Below are positions 53,668 to 62,566 of a stretch of DNA of 64,000 bases, in pieces. The stretch lies in contig CAZVNJ010000009.1 in the NCBI GenBank assembly GCA_964628985.1, positions 66 to 64,065 on the forward strand, read 5' to 3'. How positions within the stretch are numbered: the stretch's first letter is position 1; every line of letters starts with the position of its first letter. The translations under genes were made by a program, and so were the position numbers. The notes under the pieces were generated by a model. It saw only the letters and a program-made list of their open reading frames with translations, made no database searches and had not been told where the DNA came from. Origin of the DNA: an uncultured Dehalococcoides sp. (GTDB lineage Bacteria; Chloroflexota; Dehalococcoidia; UBA2979).

Positions 53668-54891
53668 GTGCTCCAGCCGCAGCCCTACGACAACCTCCAC
53701 CTTTACAACTCACTCACCCGCAAGGTGGAGCGCTTTGTCCCGCGCGAGGACCGCGCCGTCTCCATCTACGTCTGCGGCATCACCCCCTACGACGTCGGAC
53801 ACCTCGGCCACGCCCTCGTCTACGTCGCCTTCGACACCCTTCGCCGGTGGCTGGAGTTCAACGCCTACGAGGTCCGCCACGTCCAGAACATCACCGACAT
53901 CGACGACGACATGGTCCGCGTCTCACGTCGCCTCGGCCTCACCATCAAGGAACTGACCGACCGCAACCAGCAGACCTACCTGGACGAGATGCGCTCGCTC
54001 AACGTCCTCCAGCCCGATGTCTACCCGAGGGTGTCCGAGACGATCCCGGAGATCATCGAGACGGTGCAACGCCTGATCGACCGCGGTTTTGCCTACGAGC
54101 GCGACGGCTACGTCTTCTTCGACGTGACCCGCACCCCGCAGTTCGGCGTCCTCGCCGGCCTCAGCGGACAGGCCCTGATCGACTTCAAGAGCGACTCGAT
54201 GCCCGAGGAGCCGCAGCACCTCAAGCGGAACCCGCTCGACTTCCTCGTCTGGCAGCCCTGTACCGACGAGGGCGCCACGTTCCCCTCGCCCTGGGGGCCG
54301 GGACGCCCCGGCTGGCACATCGAGTGCTCCGCCATGGCCTGTCGCCACCTCGGCGACCAGATCGACATCCACGGCGGCGGCAAAGACCTGCGCTACCCCC
54401 ATCACGATTCCGAGATCGTCCAGTCCGAGGCGGCAAGCGGCCTCCAGCCCTACGCCGCCTTCTGGCTCCACAACGGCACGATGGGCCTCGACGGCCAGAA
54501 GATGTCGAAGTCCCTCGGCAACCTCGTCAAGGTCAGCGACCTGCTCGCCGAAGGCCACACCGGCAACGGCATCCGCCTCTCACTTCTAGCCGTCCGCTGG
54601 CGCGACGACCGCGACTTTGACCGCGCCGTCCTCGCCGAGTCCGAAAACACCGCGCGTCTCCTCGAACGCGCCGCCCTCGCTCCTGGCGGCCCACCGGACC
54701 GCCTCCGCGTCCAGACCTACCGCAACGCCTTCCAGGCCGCCATGGACGACGACCTGGACACCCCGAAGGCGATCGAGGTCCTCCGTGACCTCGCCCAGGC
54801 CCTGCTCGAAGGCCGCATCGCCGGCGAGACCGGCATCCCGACGCTCTTCGAACTCGCGGACGTCCTTGGCCTTCGCCTCCGTACGGAGTAG
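53668..54891 (+). CDS. Class I Cys ligase, short MshC-like form of the CysRS family
   Basis: YVCGITPYDVGHLGH, QNITDIDD, GRPGWHIECS, PHH, KMSKS; 407 aa, without a long anticodon-binding C-terminus. Confidence 0.8.
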   Translation: MLQPQPYDNLHLYNSLTRKVERFVPREDRAVSIYVCGITPYDVGHLGHALVYVAFDTLRRWLEFNAYEVRHVQNITDIDDDMVRVSRRLGLTIKELTDRNQQTYLDEMRSLNVLQPDVYPRVSETIPEIIETVQRLIDRGFAYERDGYVFFDVTRTPQFGVLAGLSGQALIDFKSDSMPEEPQHLKRNPLDFLVWQPCTDEGATFPSPWGPGRPGWHIECSAMACRHLGDQIDIHGGGKDLRYPHHDSEIVQSEAASGLQPYAAFWLHNGTMGLDGQKMSKSLGNLVKVSDLLAEGHTGNGIRLSLLAVRWRDDRDFDRAVLAESENTARLLERAALAPGGPPDRLRVQTYRNAFQAAMDDDLDTPKAIEVLRDLAQALLEGRIAGETGIPTLFELADVLGLRLRTE

Positions 54892-54944
54892 GACACTTCC
54901 GGCCGGTGCGAGAGGCTGCGCCGAGACGGCAGTAGCCTGTAGGC

Positions 54945-55430
54945 ATGAGCCGAGACGCCCGCCTCGCCCGACTGTCGCGTGACCACCACCACGCCCTCAC
55001 GCTCGCGCTGCGCATCCAGCGCGAGTTGCCGGATTCCGAACCGCGCGACGCCGCCGCCCTCCTGCGCGACGCACTCCGTTACTGGGACGAAGCGCTGACG
55101 CCTCACCTCGCCGTCGAGGCGCGCGCACTGCATCCGCTGCTCGCCGCGCGGCAGGACGGTGGCCTCCAACTCGCCGGCCGCGCGCAGCGCGAACAGCGAG
55201 AACTCCAGGACCTCGCCTTCGAGGTGAAGGGCGCGAACGTCGCCACCCGCACCGGCATCCTCGCGCGCTTCGGTGCCGCGCTCGCCGCCCACATCCGCTG
55301 GGAGGAACGCGAACTGCTCGAGTGGGCGCAGGCCCACCTCGACGCCGCCGACCTCGACGGAGTGGCCGCGGCCGTCGCAGAGACACTGCCGCCTCAGGCG
55401 GTCCCGTGTCCCACGCCGCACATCGCGTAG
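54945..55430 (+). CDS. Hemerythrin/HHE cation-binding domain protein
   Basis: LSRDHHHAL, PHLAVE, HIRWEE. Confidence 0.8.
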   Translation: MSRDARLARLSRDHHHALTLALRIQRELPDSEPRDAAALLRDALRYWDEALTPHLAVEARALHPLLAARQDGGLQLAGRAQREQRELQDLAFEVKGANVATRTGILARFGAALAAHIRWEERELLEWAQAHLDAADLDGVAAAVAETLPPQAVPCPTPHIA

Positions 55431-55441
55431 GGCGGATTCTG

Positions 55442-56647
55442 TTAGGCCTCGGCTGTCGCCTTCGCACCCCGCGTGCTCACGCGTGTGAGAAACAGCGCGA
55501 TCCCGGCGAAGGGGAATAGCGCGGTCAGCGCAAACACGAGGCCATAGGACGTCGCGTCCACCAGGAAGCCGAGCAGGATCGCACCCAGCACCTGGCCCAC
55601 GTCCCACGCCATCGTGTACGTCGCCATGCCAGATCCGAGGATGGCCGGCGGCGTCCGTTCGATCACGATCACCGCGATCGAGGTCTGCGTCGCCGCCAAT
55701 CCGAAGCCGTACGCCAGCGCGCAGACGATCAGCCAGAACGGCGACTGCACCTGGCTCAGCGCCAGCAACGAGATCCCGGCCGCCAGCAACGCCGGGATCA
55801 CGACGGCGTCGCGGCCGAAGCGGTCGCCCAGCCACCCCGCGGTCATCCGCGCGGTCAACTGCGCCAGCCCCGCCGCGGTGTAGAACAGGCCGACGTTCCC
55901 GAGGTCGCGTTCGAGGGCGAACAGCGGCAGGAACGCCGTCACCGTCCCCCATGGTGTCGTCACGCAGGCGAAGACCAGCGCGGGCAGCATCGCCGTCGGC
56001 GAGATCAGCCCGTTGAACCCGCGTGGACGCGATCCAGCGGCGCGCGGTGGGGGCGCCATCGGGTCACCCGTCCCCGCGGCGAGCACCAACGAGACCAGTG
56101 CCGCCGCGCCCGAGACGAGGAACGAGGCGGTGAACCCGAACTGGTCGATCACGAAGATCGCGAGCGCTGCGCCGTATAGCGCCGCGGCGGCGTTTGCCGC
56201 CTGGTAGAAGCCGAGGCCGGAGCCTCGACGGTCCGGCGGCAGCAGGTTCCCCACAATCGCCAGCATTGCCGTCGTGAACACGCCCATCGCCACGCCCTGC
56301 ACGCATCGGAAGATCGTCATCACCCATGGCCCGAGATCCAGTGTGTAGCCCACGAACGACACGGCCACGCCCACCGCCCCGGCGCGCACCCATCGCTGTC
56401 GATTGCCGCCTCGGTCTACCCACACCCCGGTGAGCGGCCGCGTCACCATGCCCGCGATCCCGAATACCCCGACCACGAAGCCCACTACCCACTCGGGCTC
56501 GCCTTCGAGCGCTCGCGGAATCTGCACGAGAGACATCGAATACGCCACGAAGAACGAGTGCACCGCGAACAGCGCGAAGAAGTACGGCCGCCGCACCTGC
56601 TTCCAGGTGGGCGCCGCTGAGGCTGCCGGGGGTGGGGGCGAGGTCAT
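55442..56647 (-). CDS. MFS transporter
   Basis: About 12 TM; RPLTGVWVDRGG, GWLGDRFGR. Confidence 0.88.
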   Translation of the reverse strand: MTSPPPPAASAAPTWKQVRRPYFFALFAVHSFFVAYSMSLVQIPRALEGEPEWVVGFVVGVFGIAGMVTRPLTGVWVDRGGNRQRWVRAGAVGVAVSFVGYTLDLGPWVMTIFRCVQGVAMGVFTTAMLAIVGNLLPPDRRGSGLGFYQAANAAAALYGAALAIFVIDQFGFTASFLVSGAAALVSLVLAAGTGDPMAPPPRAAGSRPRGFNGLISPTAMLPALVFACVTTPWGTVTAFLPLFALERDLGNVGLFYTAAGLAQLTARMTAGWLGDRFGRDAVVIPALLAAGISLLALSQVQSPFWLIVCALAYGFGLAATQTSIAVIVIERTPPAILGSGMATYTMAWDVGQVLGAILLGFLVDATSYGLVFALTALFPFAGIALFLTRVSTRGAKATAEA

Positions 56648-56686
56648 GCGGGCGCCGCCGTTACCAGCGCGCGCCTCGCGCGCGGA

Positions 56687-57007
56687 CTAGGCCTCGTCGT
56701 CGTCAGTCGCACTCGGGTCGTGCACGTACGCCATCAGCCGGTCGTCACGCTCGACGAACAAGGTGAGGTGGCCAGCGGCCTCCTCCTCCTGCACCCACTT
56801 CGGAAGCGATGCGCCGTGCCCTTTCACGAGGTAGGTCATGCCTACGTATCCGAAGCGCCGGCCGTCGACCACGATGTAGTACGGCGGCAGCGCCGTCTGG
56901 TCGTTCCAGTCCAGCACGAAGCAGTCCACCCCGCCGCTTTCGAGGACGTACAACTCGTCGAACGTCACCGTCATCTGCGTCGGGTCGGCGGTGTTGATCT
57001 CGGCCAT
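56687..57007 (-). CDS. Hypothetical acidic 106-aa protein
   Basis: ATG follows a GGAGCA SD-like sequence; coding-like composition; no family recognised. Confidence 0.65.
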   Translation of the reverse strand: MAEINTADPTQMTVTFDELYVLESGGVDCFVLDWNDQTALPPYYIVVDGRRFGYVGMTYLVKGHGASLPKWVQEEEAAGHLTLFVERDDRLMAYVHDPSATDDDEA

Positions 57008-57113
57008 CGGATGCTCCTCGCGCCGCGCTGGGTGCGTCCGTGATTCTAGAGGGCGACCTCCGCCCGGGCCAGTCGAGGGGGACCGGGCCCGGGCGGCAGG
57101 CCTCAAGGGTGCC

Positions 57114-58412
57114 CTACACGGCGGCCGGGACCTTCGCCGGTGGCTCACGCGAGGAGAGGATCAGCAGCCCGCCCACGACGTAGACCAGTATGAGCGCGCC
57201 GAACGCCACCCCGTACCGGCTCGTCGCGTCGAAGTAGAGCGCGATCGAGATCGGCCCCATCGATCCGAAGAGGATCGTGAACGGGACGGCGAGGCCTCGG
57301 ACGGACCCCAGGTAGCGGCGGCCGAAGTAGCGCGCCCAGATGAATTCCCCGATCGGGATCGTCCCGCCGAATCCGAAGCCCCACACGAAGAACCCGGCCC
57401 ACATCAACTCCAGCATGTCCGCCCGCGCCGCCAACACGATCAGCATCACGCCGGTCGCCGATGAAGCGAACGCGGACGCCGAAAGGCGTCGCACCGGCAG
57501 CCGTTGCAGCGTCCACCCCCACACGAACTTCGACGAGAGGTTCGCCGCCCCCGTGAGTGCGAGGCCGATCGAGGCCTGGCTGCGAGAGAACCCGGCGTCC
57601 GTCACGAACGGGATCGCGTGCACCAGCATCGCGGACATCGCGGCCTGGTTCAGCCCGAAGGCGACCACCAGGAACCAGAGGGCGCGCGTCTTCCGCGCTT
57701 CCTTTCGCGTGTAGGAGTTGTCGAAGTCGCGCCGCTGCGCGTCGATCTGGACCCGCTCCGCCGTCGTGGGCGCCAGATTCTCGACCTTGCCATCCGGTAG
57801 TAGCCCATAGTCCTCCGGGCTCCGGCGCATCAGCAGCGCCACCGGGATCACCAGTACCCAGATCAGGACGCCCATGAAGACGTAGCCGTCGCGCCACCCG
57901 TACGCATCCACGATCCGCGTCATCGTCACCGGCATGACGAGGCCCGCGAGCGAGATGCCCATCGACCCGATCGCGATCGCCCAGCCGCGACGCAGCACGA
58001 ACCACTTCGACAGCGTCACGTTCACCACCAGCGGGCCGATGAGCGAGAAGCCGAAGCCGCCCGCCAGCATCTGCAGCAGGATGAACTGCCACACCTCGGT
58101 CACGCGGGAGACGAGGATGAGCGAAAGCCCGCACATCAGCGCGCCGACCAACATCAGCGGCCGTGCGCCGTGCCGGTCCAGCAGGCTGCCGACGAAGAAG
58201 CCGGTGACGCCGCCCATGATGAACGAGGCGGAGCCGCCCAACGTGAACTGCGCCGCCGTCCATCCCAGCTCGGTGGTGACCGGCCGGAGGAATACCCCGG
58301 CCACCTGACCGCCCGCTCCAATCGCCGCGAACTGCCCCACCACCGCGCCGAGGACGATCCACCACCCGTAGTAGAACCTCGGGCGCCGGACCGCGATGGC
58401 CGTCTCAGTCAT
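57114..58412 (-). CDS. MFS transporter (OFA/MCT-like)
   Basis: FYYGWWIV, KWFVLRRG, RRSPEDYGLLPDG. Confidence 0.88.
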   Translation of the reverse strand: MTETAIAVRRPRFYYGWWIVLGAVVGQFAAIGAGGQVAGVFLRPVTTELGWTAAQFTLGGSASFIMGGVTGFFVGSLLDRHGARPLMLVGALMCGLSLILVSRVTEVWQFILLQMLAGGFGFSLIGPLVVNVTLSKWFVLRRGWAIAIGSMGISLAGLVMPVTMTRIVDAYGWRDGYVFMGVLIWVLVIPVALLMRRSPEDYGLLPDGKVENLAPTTAERVQIDAQRRDFDNSYTRKEARKTRALWFLVVAFGLNQAAMSAMLVHAIPFVTDAGFSRSQASIGLALTGAANLSSKFVWGWTLQRLPVRRLSASAFASSATGVMLIVLAARADMLELMWAGFFVWGFGFGGTIPIGEFIWARYFGRRYLGSVRGLAVPFTILFGSMGPISIALYFDATSRYGVAFGALILVYVVGGLLILSSREPPAKVPAAV

Positions 58413-58444
58413 CTCAGGCCTCCTGGCCAGCCGAGCGAGGCCCG

Positions 58445-58467
58445 GCGACTACGGTATGTGTAGTCGC
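58445..58467. promoter_or_regulatory. Putative operator between divergent MFS and HxlR-family regulator
   Basis: GCGACTAC-N7-GTAGTCGC, a perfect inverted repeat. Confidence 0.6.
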
Positions 58468-58550
58468 TACTACATGCGGAGTCAATATGGGTTTAGGATG
58501 GACTGACCGCTCGCATCCGATGAGGGCGCCGGAGTCCGAGGAGGCACCGC

Positions 58551-58901
58551 ATGCCGCGCACCTACGACACCCAGCAGGCCTGCCCCATCGCCCGCACGCT
58601 CGACATCGTCGGCGACCGCTGGACGCTCCTCCTCATCCGTGACCTCCGCCGCGGCCACACCAAGTTCGCCGACCTGCTCACCAGCCTCCGAGGCATCTCC
58701 CCCACCGTGCTCTCCGAGCGCCTCCAGTCACTTGAGCGCGATGGCATGGTGGAGCGCCGCCTCTATTCAGAGCATCCACCCCGCGCCGAGTACGCCCTCA
58801 CCGAGAAGGGCAACTCCTTCGCCCCCGTCCTCCAGGCCTTCTACGCCTGGGGCACCGAGCACGCCCCGCGACCTCCACGGACGGCGCCCGTCGAGGCCTA
58901 G
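58551..58901 (+). CDS. HxlR family transcriptional regulator
   Basis: CPIARTLDIVGDRWTLLLIR, LSERL..LE..G.V.R...EHPPR.EY.LT.KG. Confidence 0.92.
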   Translation: MPRTYDTQQACPIARTLDIVGDRWTLLLIRDLRRGHTKFADLLTSLRGISPTVLSERLQSLERDGMVERRLYSEHPPRAEYALTEKGNSFAPVLQAFYAWGTEHAPRPPRTAPVEA

Positions 58902-58988
58902 CCGCAGGGGCCTTCGTCAGGTTGGCCTTCATCCCGGCGCATGGGATCATCCGAGGACGAGCCCACCGCTCGTCAGCCGGAGGACCAG

Positions 58989-59624
58989 ATGGGTAAGAAC
59001 CGACGCCAGGAGCGCCTGCGACAGCGGCGCGAACAGCCCGCCGCGCCCACCGGCGCTGCCCGACCCACGCCAGCGAAGTCCGTGCCCTCGTGGCGCCACA
59101 ACCTGGACCAGTGGGGCGGCCCGTGGGTCCTCGGCGTCGGAGTCGCCGTCCTCGCCTTCCTCGCCTGGCTCGCCTGGACCAACCGGCCCGTCGGCGTTTC
59201 CACCGGCGAACTCCGAGGCGAGAACGTCCCGATCGGTCAAGCGTCCCACGTCACGAACGTGAACGAACTCCAAATCCCAGCGGGGTTCCCGCCAGCTGGA
59301 GGCCCCCACTTCGTCAACCCGCTACCCGGCGGCATCTATGACGCGCCCGTTGATGACGGACGGGCCATCCACTCCTTAGAGCACGGGCTGATCTGGATCA
59401 CCTACCAGCCGGACCAGATCACGGCCGAACAGCTGCAGGCGCTCAAGGACATCGCGGGCGACAACCGGCGCGACGTCATCCTTTCGCCTCGTCCGCAGAA
59501 CAAAGACCTTGCTGTGCTCACATCGTGGGGCCGGCGCCAGGTCGTCGATCCGAAGGACTCGAAGGCGATCAAGGAGTTCATCTCCGCCAACCTCAACCGC
59601 TCCCCTGAGCCAGCCGTCCGCTAG
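58989..59624 (+). CDS. DUF3105 family membrane-anchored protein
   Basis: PPAGGPH, HSLEHG.IWITY, LTSWGR. Confidence 0.82.
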   Translation: MGKNRRQERLRQRREQPAAPTGAARPTPAKSVPSWRHNLDQWGGPWVLGVGVAVLAFLAWLAWTNRPVGVSTGELRGENVPIGQASHVTNVNELQIPAGFPPAGGPHFVNPLPGGIYDAPVDDGRAIHSLEHGLIWITYQPDQITAEQLQALKDIAGDNRRDVILSPRPQNKDLAVLTSWGRRQVVDPKDSKAIKEFISANLNRSPEPAVR

Positions 59625-59651
59625 CGCGGCCCGGGGCAACGAGGTGGCCGC

Positions 59652-60398
59652 GTGACATCGAAGAGGGCGGGTCGGCGCGCTCCCGCACCGCGCAAGGCGG
59701 CATGGCGTCGCACCGTCGATCGCTGGGGCGGGCTGCCGGTCCTCGGGTCTGCCGCAGTCGCACTGGTCGTCGTCGGTGCGTTGATCTACCTCAACCGCCC
59801 GGCCGGCGAGGATCCGCTGGTGGTCACCTCCACCGCACAGGCGCCAGTCGCTGGGCGCATCCACGGCAACCCGGACGCCCCCGTGAAGGTCATCGAGTTC
59901 GCAGACTTCCAGTGCCCCTTCTGCAAGCGCTGGGTCGTGGACACCGGGCCCTTGCTCGCCGAGGAGTTCATCAAGAGTGGCCAGGTCCAACTCGAGTACC
60001 GCTACTACGCCTTCCTCGGCGAGGAGTCCAAGAAGGCTGCCGAAGCGGCCGAGTGCGCCTCCGACCAGGGCCGCTTCTGGGAGATGCACGATGTCCTCTA
60101 CTCGCACCAGGGGCGGGAGAACTCCGGGGTCTACACTTCGGCCAACCTGAAGAAGTACGCCACAGAGGTCGCCGCGAAGGTGAGCGGCTTCGACACCGCC
60201 CGCTTCGATGCGTGCCTGGACGGCGGTAGCAAGCGCGCGGTCGTCGATCAGGTCACCGCGCAGGCTGCCGAGATCGGCGTCCGGAGCACGCCCTCCTTCC
60301 TGGTGACCGGTCCCGGAGGGAGCCAGGCGATCACGGGCGCGCAGCCGATCGATGTCTTCCGCGCGGCGATCGCCGCCGCCAAGACGCCCCGGCCCTGA
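59652..60398 (+). CDS. DsbA-family thiol-disulfide oxidoreductase
   Basis: GNPDAPVKVIEFADFQCPFC, GVRSTPSF (cis-Pro), N-terminal TM. Confidence 0.9.
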   Translation: MTSKRAGRRAPAPRKAAWRRTVDRWGGLPVLGSAAVALVVVGALIYLNRPAGEDPLVVTSTAQAPVAGRIHGNPDAPVKVIEFADFQCPFCKRWVVDTGPLLAEEFIKSGQVQLEYRYYAFLGEESKKAAEAAECASDQGRFWEMHDVLYSHQGRENSGVYTSANLKKYATEVAAKVSGFDTARFDACLDGGSKRAVVDQVTAQAAEIGVRSTPSFLVTGPGGSQAITGAQPIDVFRAAIAAAKTPRP

Positions 60399-60403
60399 CC
60401 GCC

Positions 60404-60871
60404 GTGGCTGCGTCGCCGCAGAGGGCATCCGTGCGGCTCGTTGCGCTCCGCCTGCTTCTGGTAGCGGGCGTAGGCGTCGCGGCCTACCTCGTCTACGTCG
60501 CACTCAGCGCGACGGCGGAGCCGTACTGCCAGGGGATCGGTGACTGCCACACCGTCCAGGCGTCCGAGTACGCCTCCGTGGCAGGGATTCCCGTCGCCGT
60601 CCTCGGGCTGGGGATGTACCTCGGACTGGCGGCCCTTCATCTGGCCGCAAGTATTGGGCCGCTTCGAGGACTGCCCATCCTCCGCGTCTGGTTCACGCTG
60701 CTCGCTGGCAGCGGCATGCTCTACTCCGCCTACCTCACCTACCTCGAGCTCAGGGTGATCGACGCGATCTGCATCTACTGCGTGATCTCGGCCTCGCTCG
60801 TCACACTGATCGCCATCCTCTCCTGGCCTGACTTCTCTCTTGCCCGCCGCACCCTCGCGGCTTCCGAGTAG
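60404..60871 (+). CDS. Vitamin K epoxide reductase (VKOR) family protein
   Basis: C-x5-C..V..SEY loop, YLTYLE...I.AICIYC. Confidence 0.9.
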   Translation: MAASPQRASVRLVALRLLLVAGVGVAAYLVYVALSATAEPYCQGIGDCHTVQASEYASVAGIPVAVLGLGMYLGLAALHLAASIGPLRGLPILRVWFTLLAGSGMLYSAYLTYLELRVIDAICIYCVISASLVTLIAILSWPDFSLARRTLAASE

Positions 60872-61109
60872 TAGCGGCGGGATCGCCGCCCTCCATCTCT
60901 GCATCGATCTCTACATCGAAATTGTCCGCGCCGTGCCCGCGGTAGACGCATCGGTTCGTGATGCCCGCGGGCTGGCCGTAACGCCTGCGGTGCGGGCCGC
61001 GAGGGATGCATTTGGAACGCCAGTCGTGAGGCTGACACGCCGGTGACAGCGCACGCACGCTCCAATGGACGCATGACGAGTTGCGCTCGCCCGACCGAAG
61101 GAGGCCATT

Positions 61110-61352
61110 GTGACCAACCTCGACACCAGCGCCATCAACAAGGACACCTCGTGCGAGGACTTGAAGGAGGCGCTTGCCCGCCAGCATGAATTGCTCCGCC
61201 AGCAGGTCGAGGCGCACGGCGCACTCGTGGGCGGTGCCACCGTTGGCGGGGAACTTCTCCCGGGAAGCACCAACGAGGGCCCCAACAACACCGTGATCGA
61301 GGCCGAGATCGAGCGTATCAACCAGTTGCTCGTCGAGAAGGGTTGCGAGTAG
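61110..61352 (+). CDS. Hypothetical 80-aa helical-hairpin protein
   Basis: GTG follows a strong AAGGAGG SD; two helices with Cys near each end. Confidence 0.7.
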   Translation: MTNLDTSAINKDTSCEDLKEALARQHELLRQQVEAHGALVGGATVGGELLPGSTNEGPNNTVIEAEIERINQLLVEKGCE

Positions 61353-61363
61353 CACTGCGCGCG

Positions 61364-62566
61364 CTACTGCGCCCGGTCCGCCCGTAGCCACATCGCATAG
61401 GCACCCCCGCCGAGCACGGCGAGGGTGCCTCCGAGCGCCAGGAACGCCCACGCCAGGTGCTCGTCTCCAAGGACGCCAGCCACCGCCGCCATCACCGAGA
61501 ACACCACGGAGATCCCCAGCGGTGCTACCGACAGCACCGTCGCGCGCACCGCCGACTCCGTCCGCGCGTTCACGTACGCGCCGAGCGCTGGCCCCGCGAG
61601 GCTCTGCGAGGCCATGAGCAGTGGATACGCCAATAATGCCGCCAGGTGGTCCACCGTCGCGAGGATCCCCACGGCGACGAGCGACCCCGCGAACGAGATC
61701 GCGAACGTCCGATGCACCCCGAAGCGGCGCAGGACACGCGCGCTGCTCACTGATCCGAGGATCGCCCCGGCCGCCACCGGAATGATCGCCGCGCCGAACC
61801 ACGCCACCGGCACCTCGTGCCGCTGCAGGAACGGTTGGAACAAGATCGCGTTCGCCGGGCGCGCCGCTGTCAGCGACACCTCGAAGAGGATCGCCCAGCG
61901 CACCGCCGCCCGTTCTCTCAGTGCCGCGAGCGCGCCGCGCAACGTCGCGAGGTAGTTCAGGCGCTGCTCATGCAGCGCGCGCGGTGGCTCTTGCATCGAG
62001 AGCGCCACCACCATCGCGGGCACTGCCGGCACCGCGCCCGCAAGCACACCCCACGCGAGGCTCGTCTGCGAGGCGATCGCTGCGCCCACGAGCGATCCGG
62101 TCATGCTGGAGCTCGCCAGCGTCGCCAGCAGCATCCCCGCCCGGCTCGGGTACTCATCCTCCCGCCCTTCGGCGGCGAGCGAGTCGTAGATGTACGCGTT
62201 CTCGTTCCCCTGCCAGAACGTCAGGCCGAGCGCCCACAGCACATACGCAAGGATCAGCAGCGGGAAGTTCCCCGCCAGTCCGAAGATCAGGATCCCCGCG
62301 CCCTCGATGCCCATCCCGACGATGAACGTCAGCCGTCGACCGAACCGGTCCGCAAAGGCGCCCGTCGGCACCTCCCCCACTACCTTCACGATCTGGAAGA
62401 AGGTCTCCATGATCCCGACCTGCGCGAGCGAGAGGTCGCGGTAGTCGGTCAGGTAGATCACCCACACGGCGAGGTGTGGCTGCAACCGCCCGACCGCCAT
62501 GAACGTCAGGAGCAGCCGCAGGTTGCGCGTCGCGCTGAAGCGCTGCACCGGCACCGTCGCGGTCAC
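61364..62566 (-). CDS. MFS transporter (tandem paralog B)
   Basis: EVPTGAFADRFGRRLT, AYIYDSL, RATVLSV; GTGA overlap with paralog A. Confidence 0.88.
   Translation of the reverse strand: MTATVPVQRFSATRNLRLLLTFMAVGRLQPHLAVWVIYLTDYRDLSLAQVGIMETFFQIVKVVGEVPTGAFADRFGRRLTFIVGMGIEGAGILIFGLAGNFPLLILAYVLWALGLTFWQGNENAYIYDSLAAEGREDEYPSRAGMLLATLASSSMTGSLVGAAIASQTSLAWGVLAGAVPAVPAMVVALSMQEPPRALHEQRLNYLATLRGALAALRERAAVRWAILFEVSLTAARPANAILFQPFLQRHEVPVAWFGAAIIPVAAGAILGSVSSARVLRRFGVHRTFAISFAGSLVAVGILATVDHLAALLAYPLLMASQSLAGPALGAYVNARTESAVRATVLSVAPLGISVVFSVMAAVAGVLGDEHLAWAFLALGGTLAVLGGGAYAMWLRADRAQ

Noticed and set aside
53668-54891. Assigning gene symbol cysS or mshC
   Set aside because: The motifs are mixed, and the call depends on whether a separate full-length CysRS exists elsewhere in the genome.
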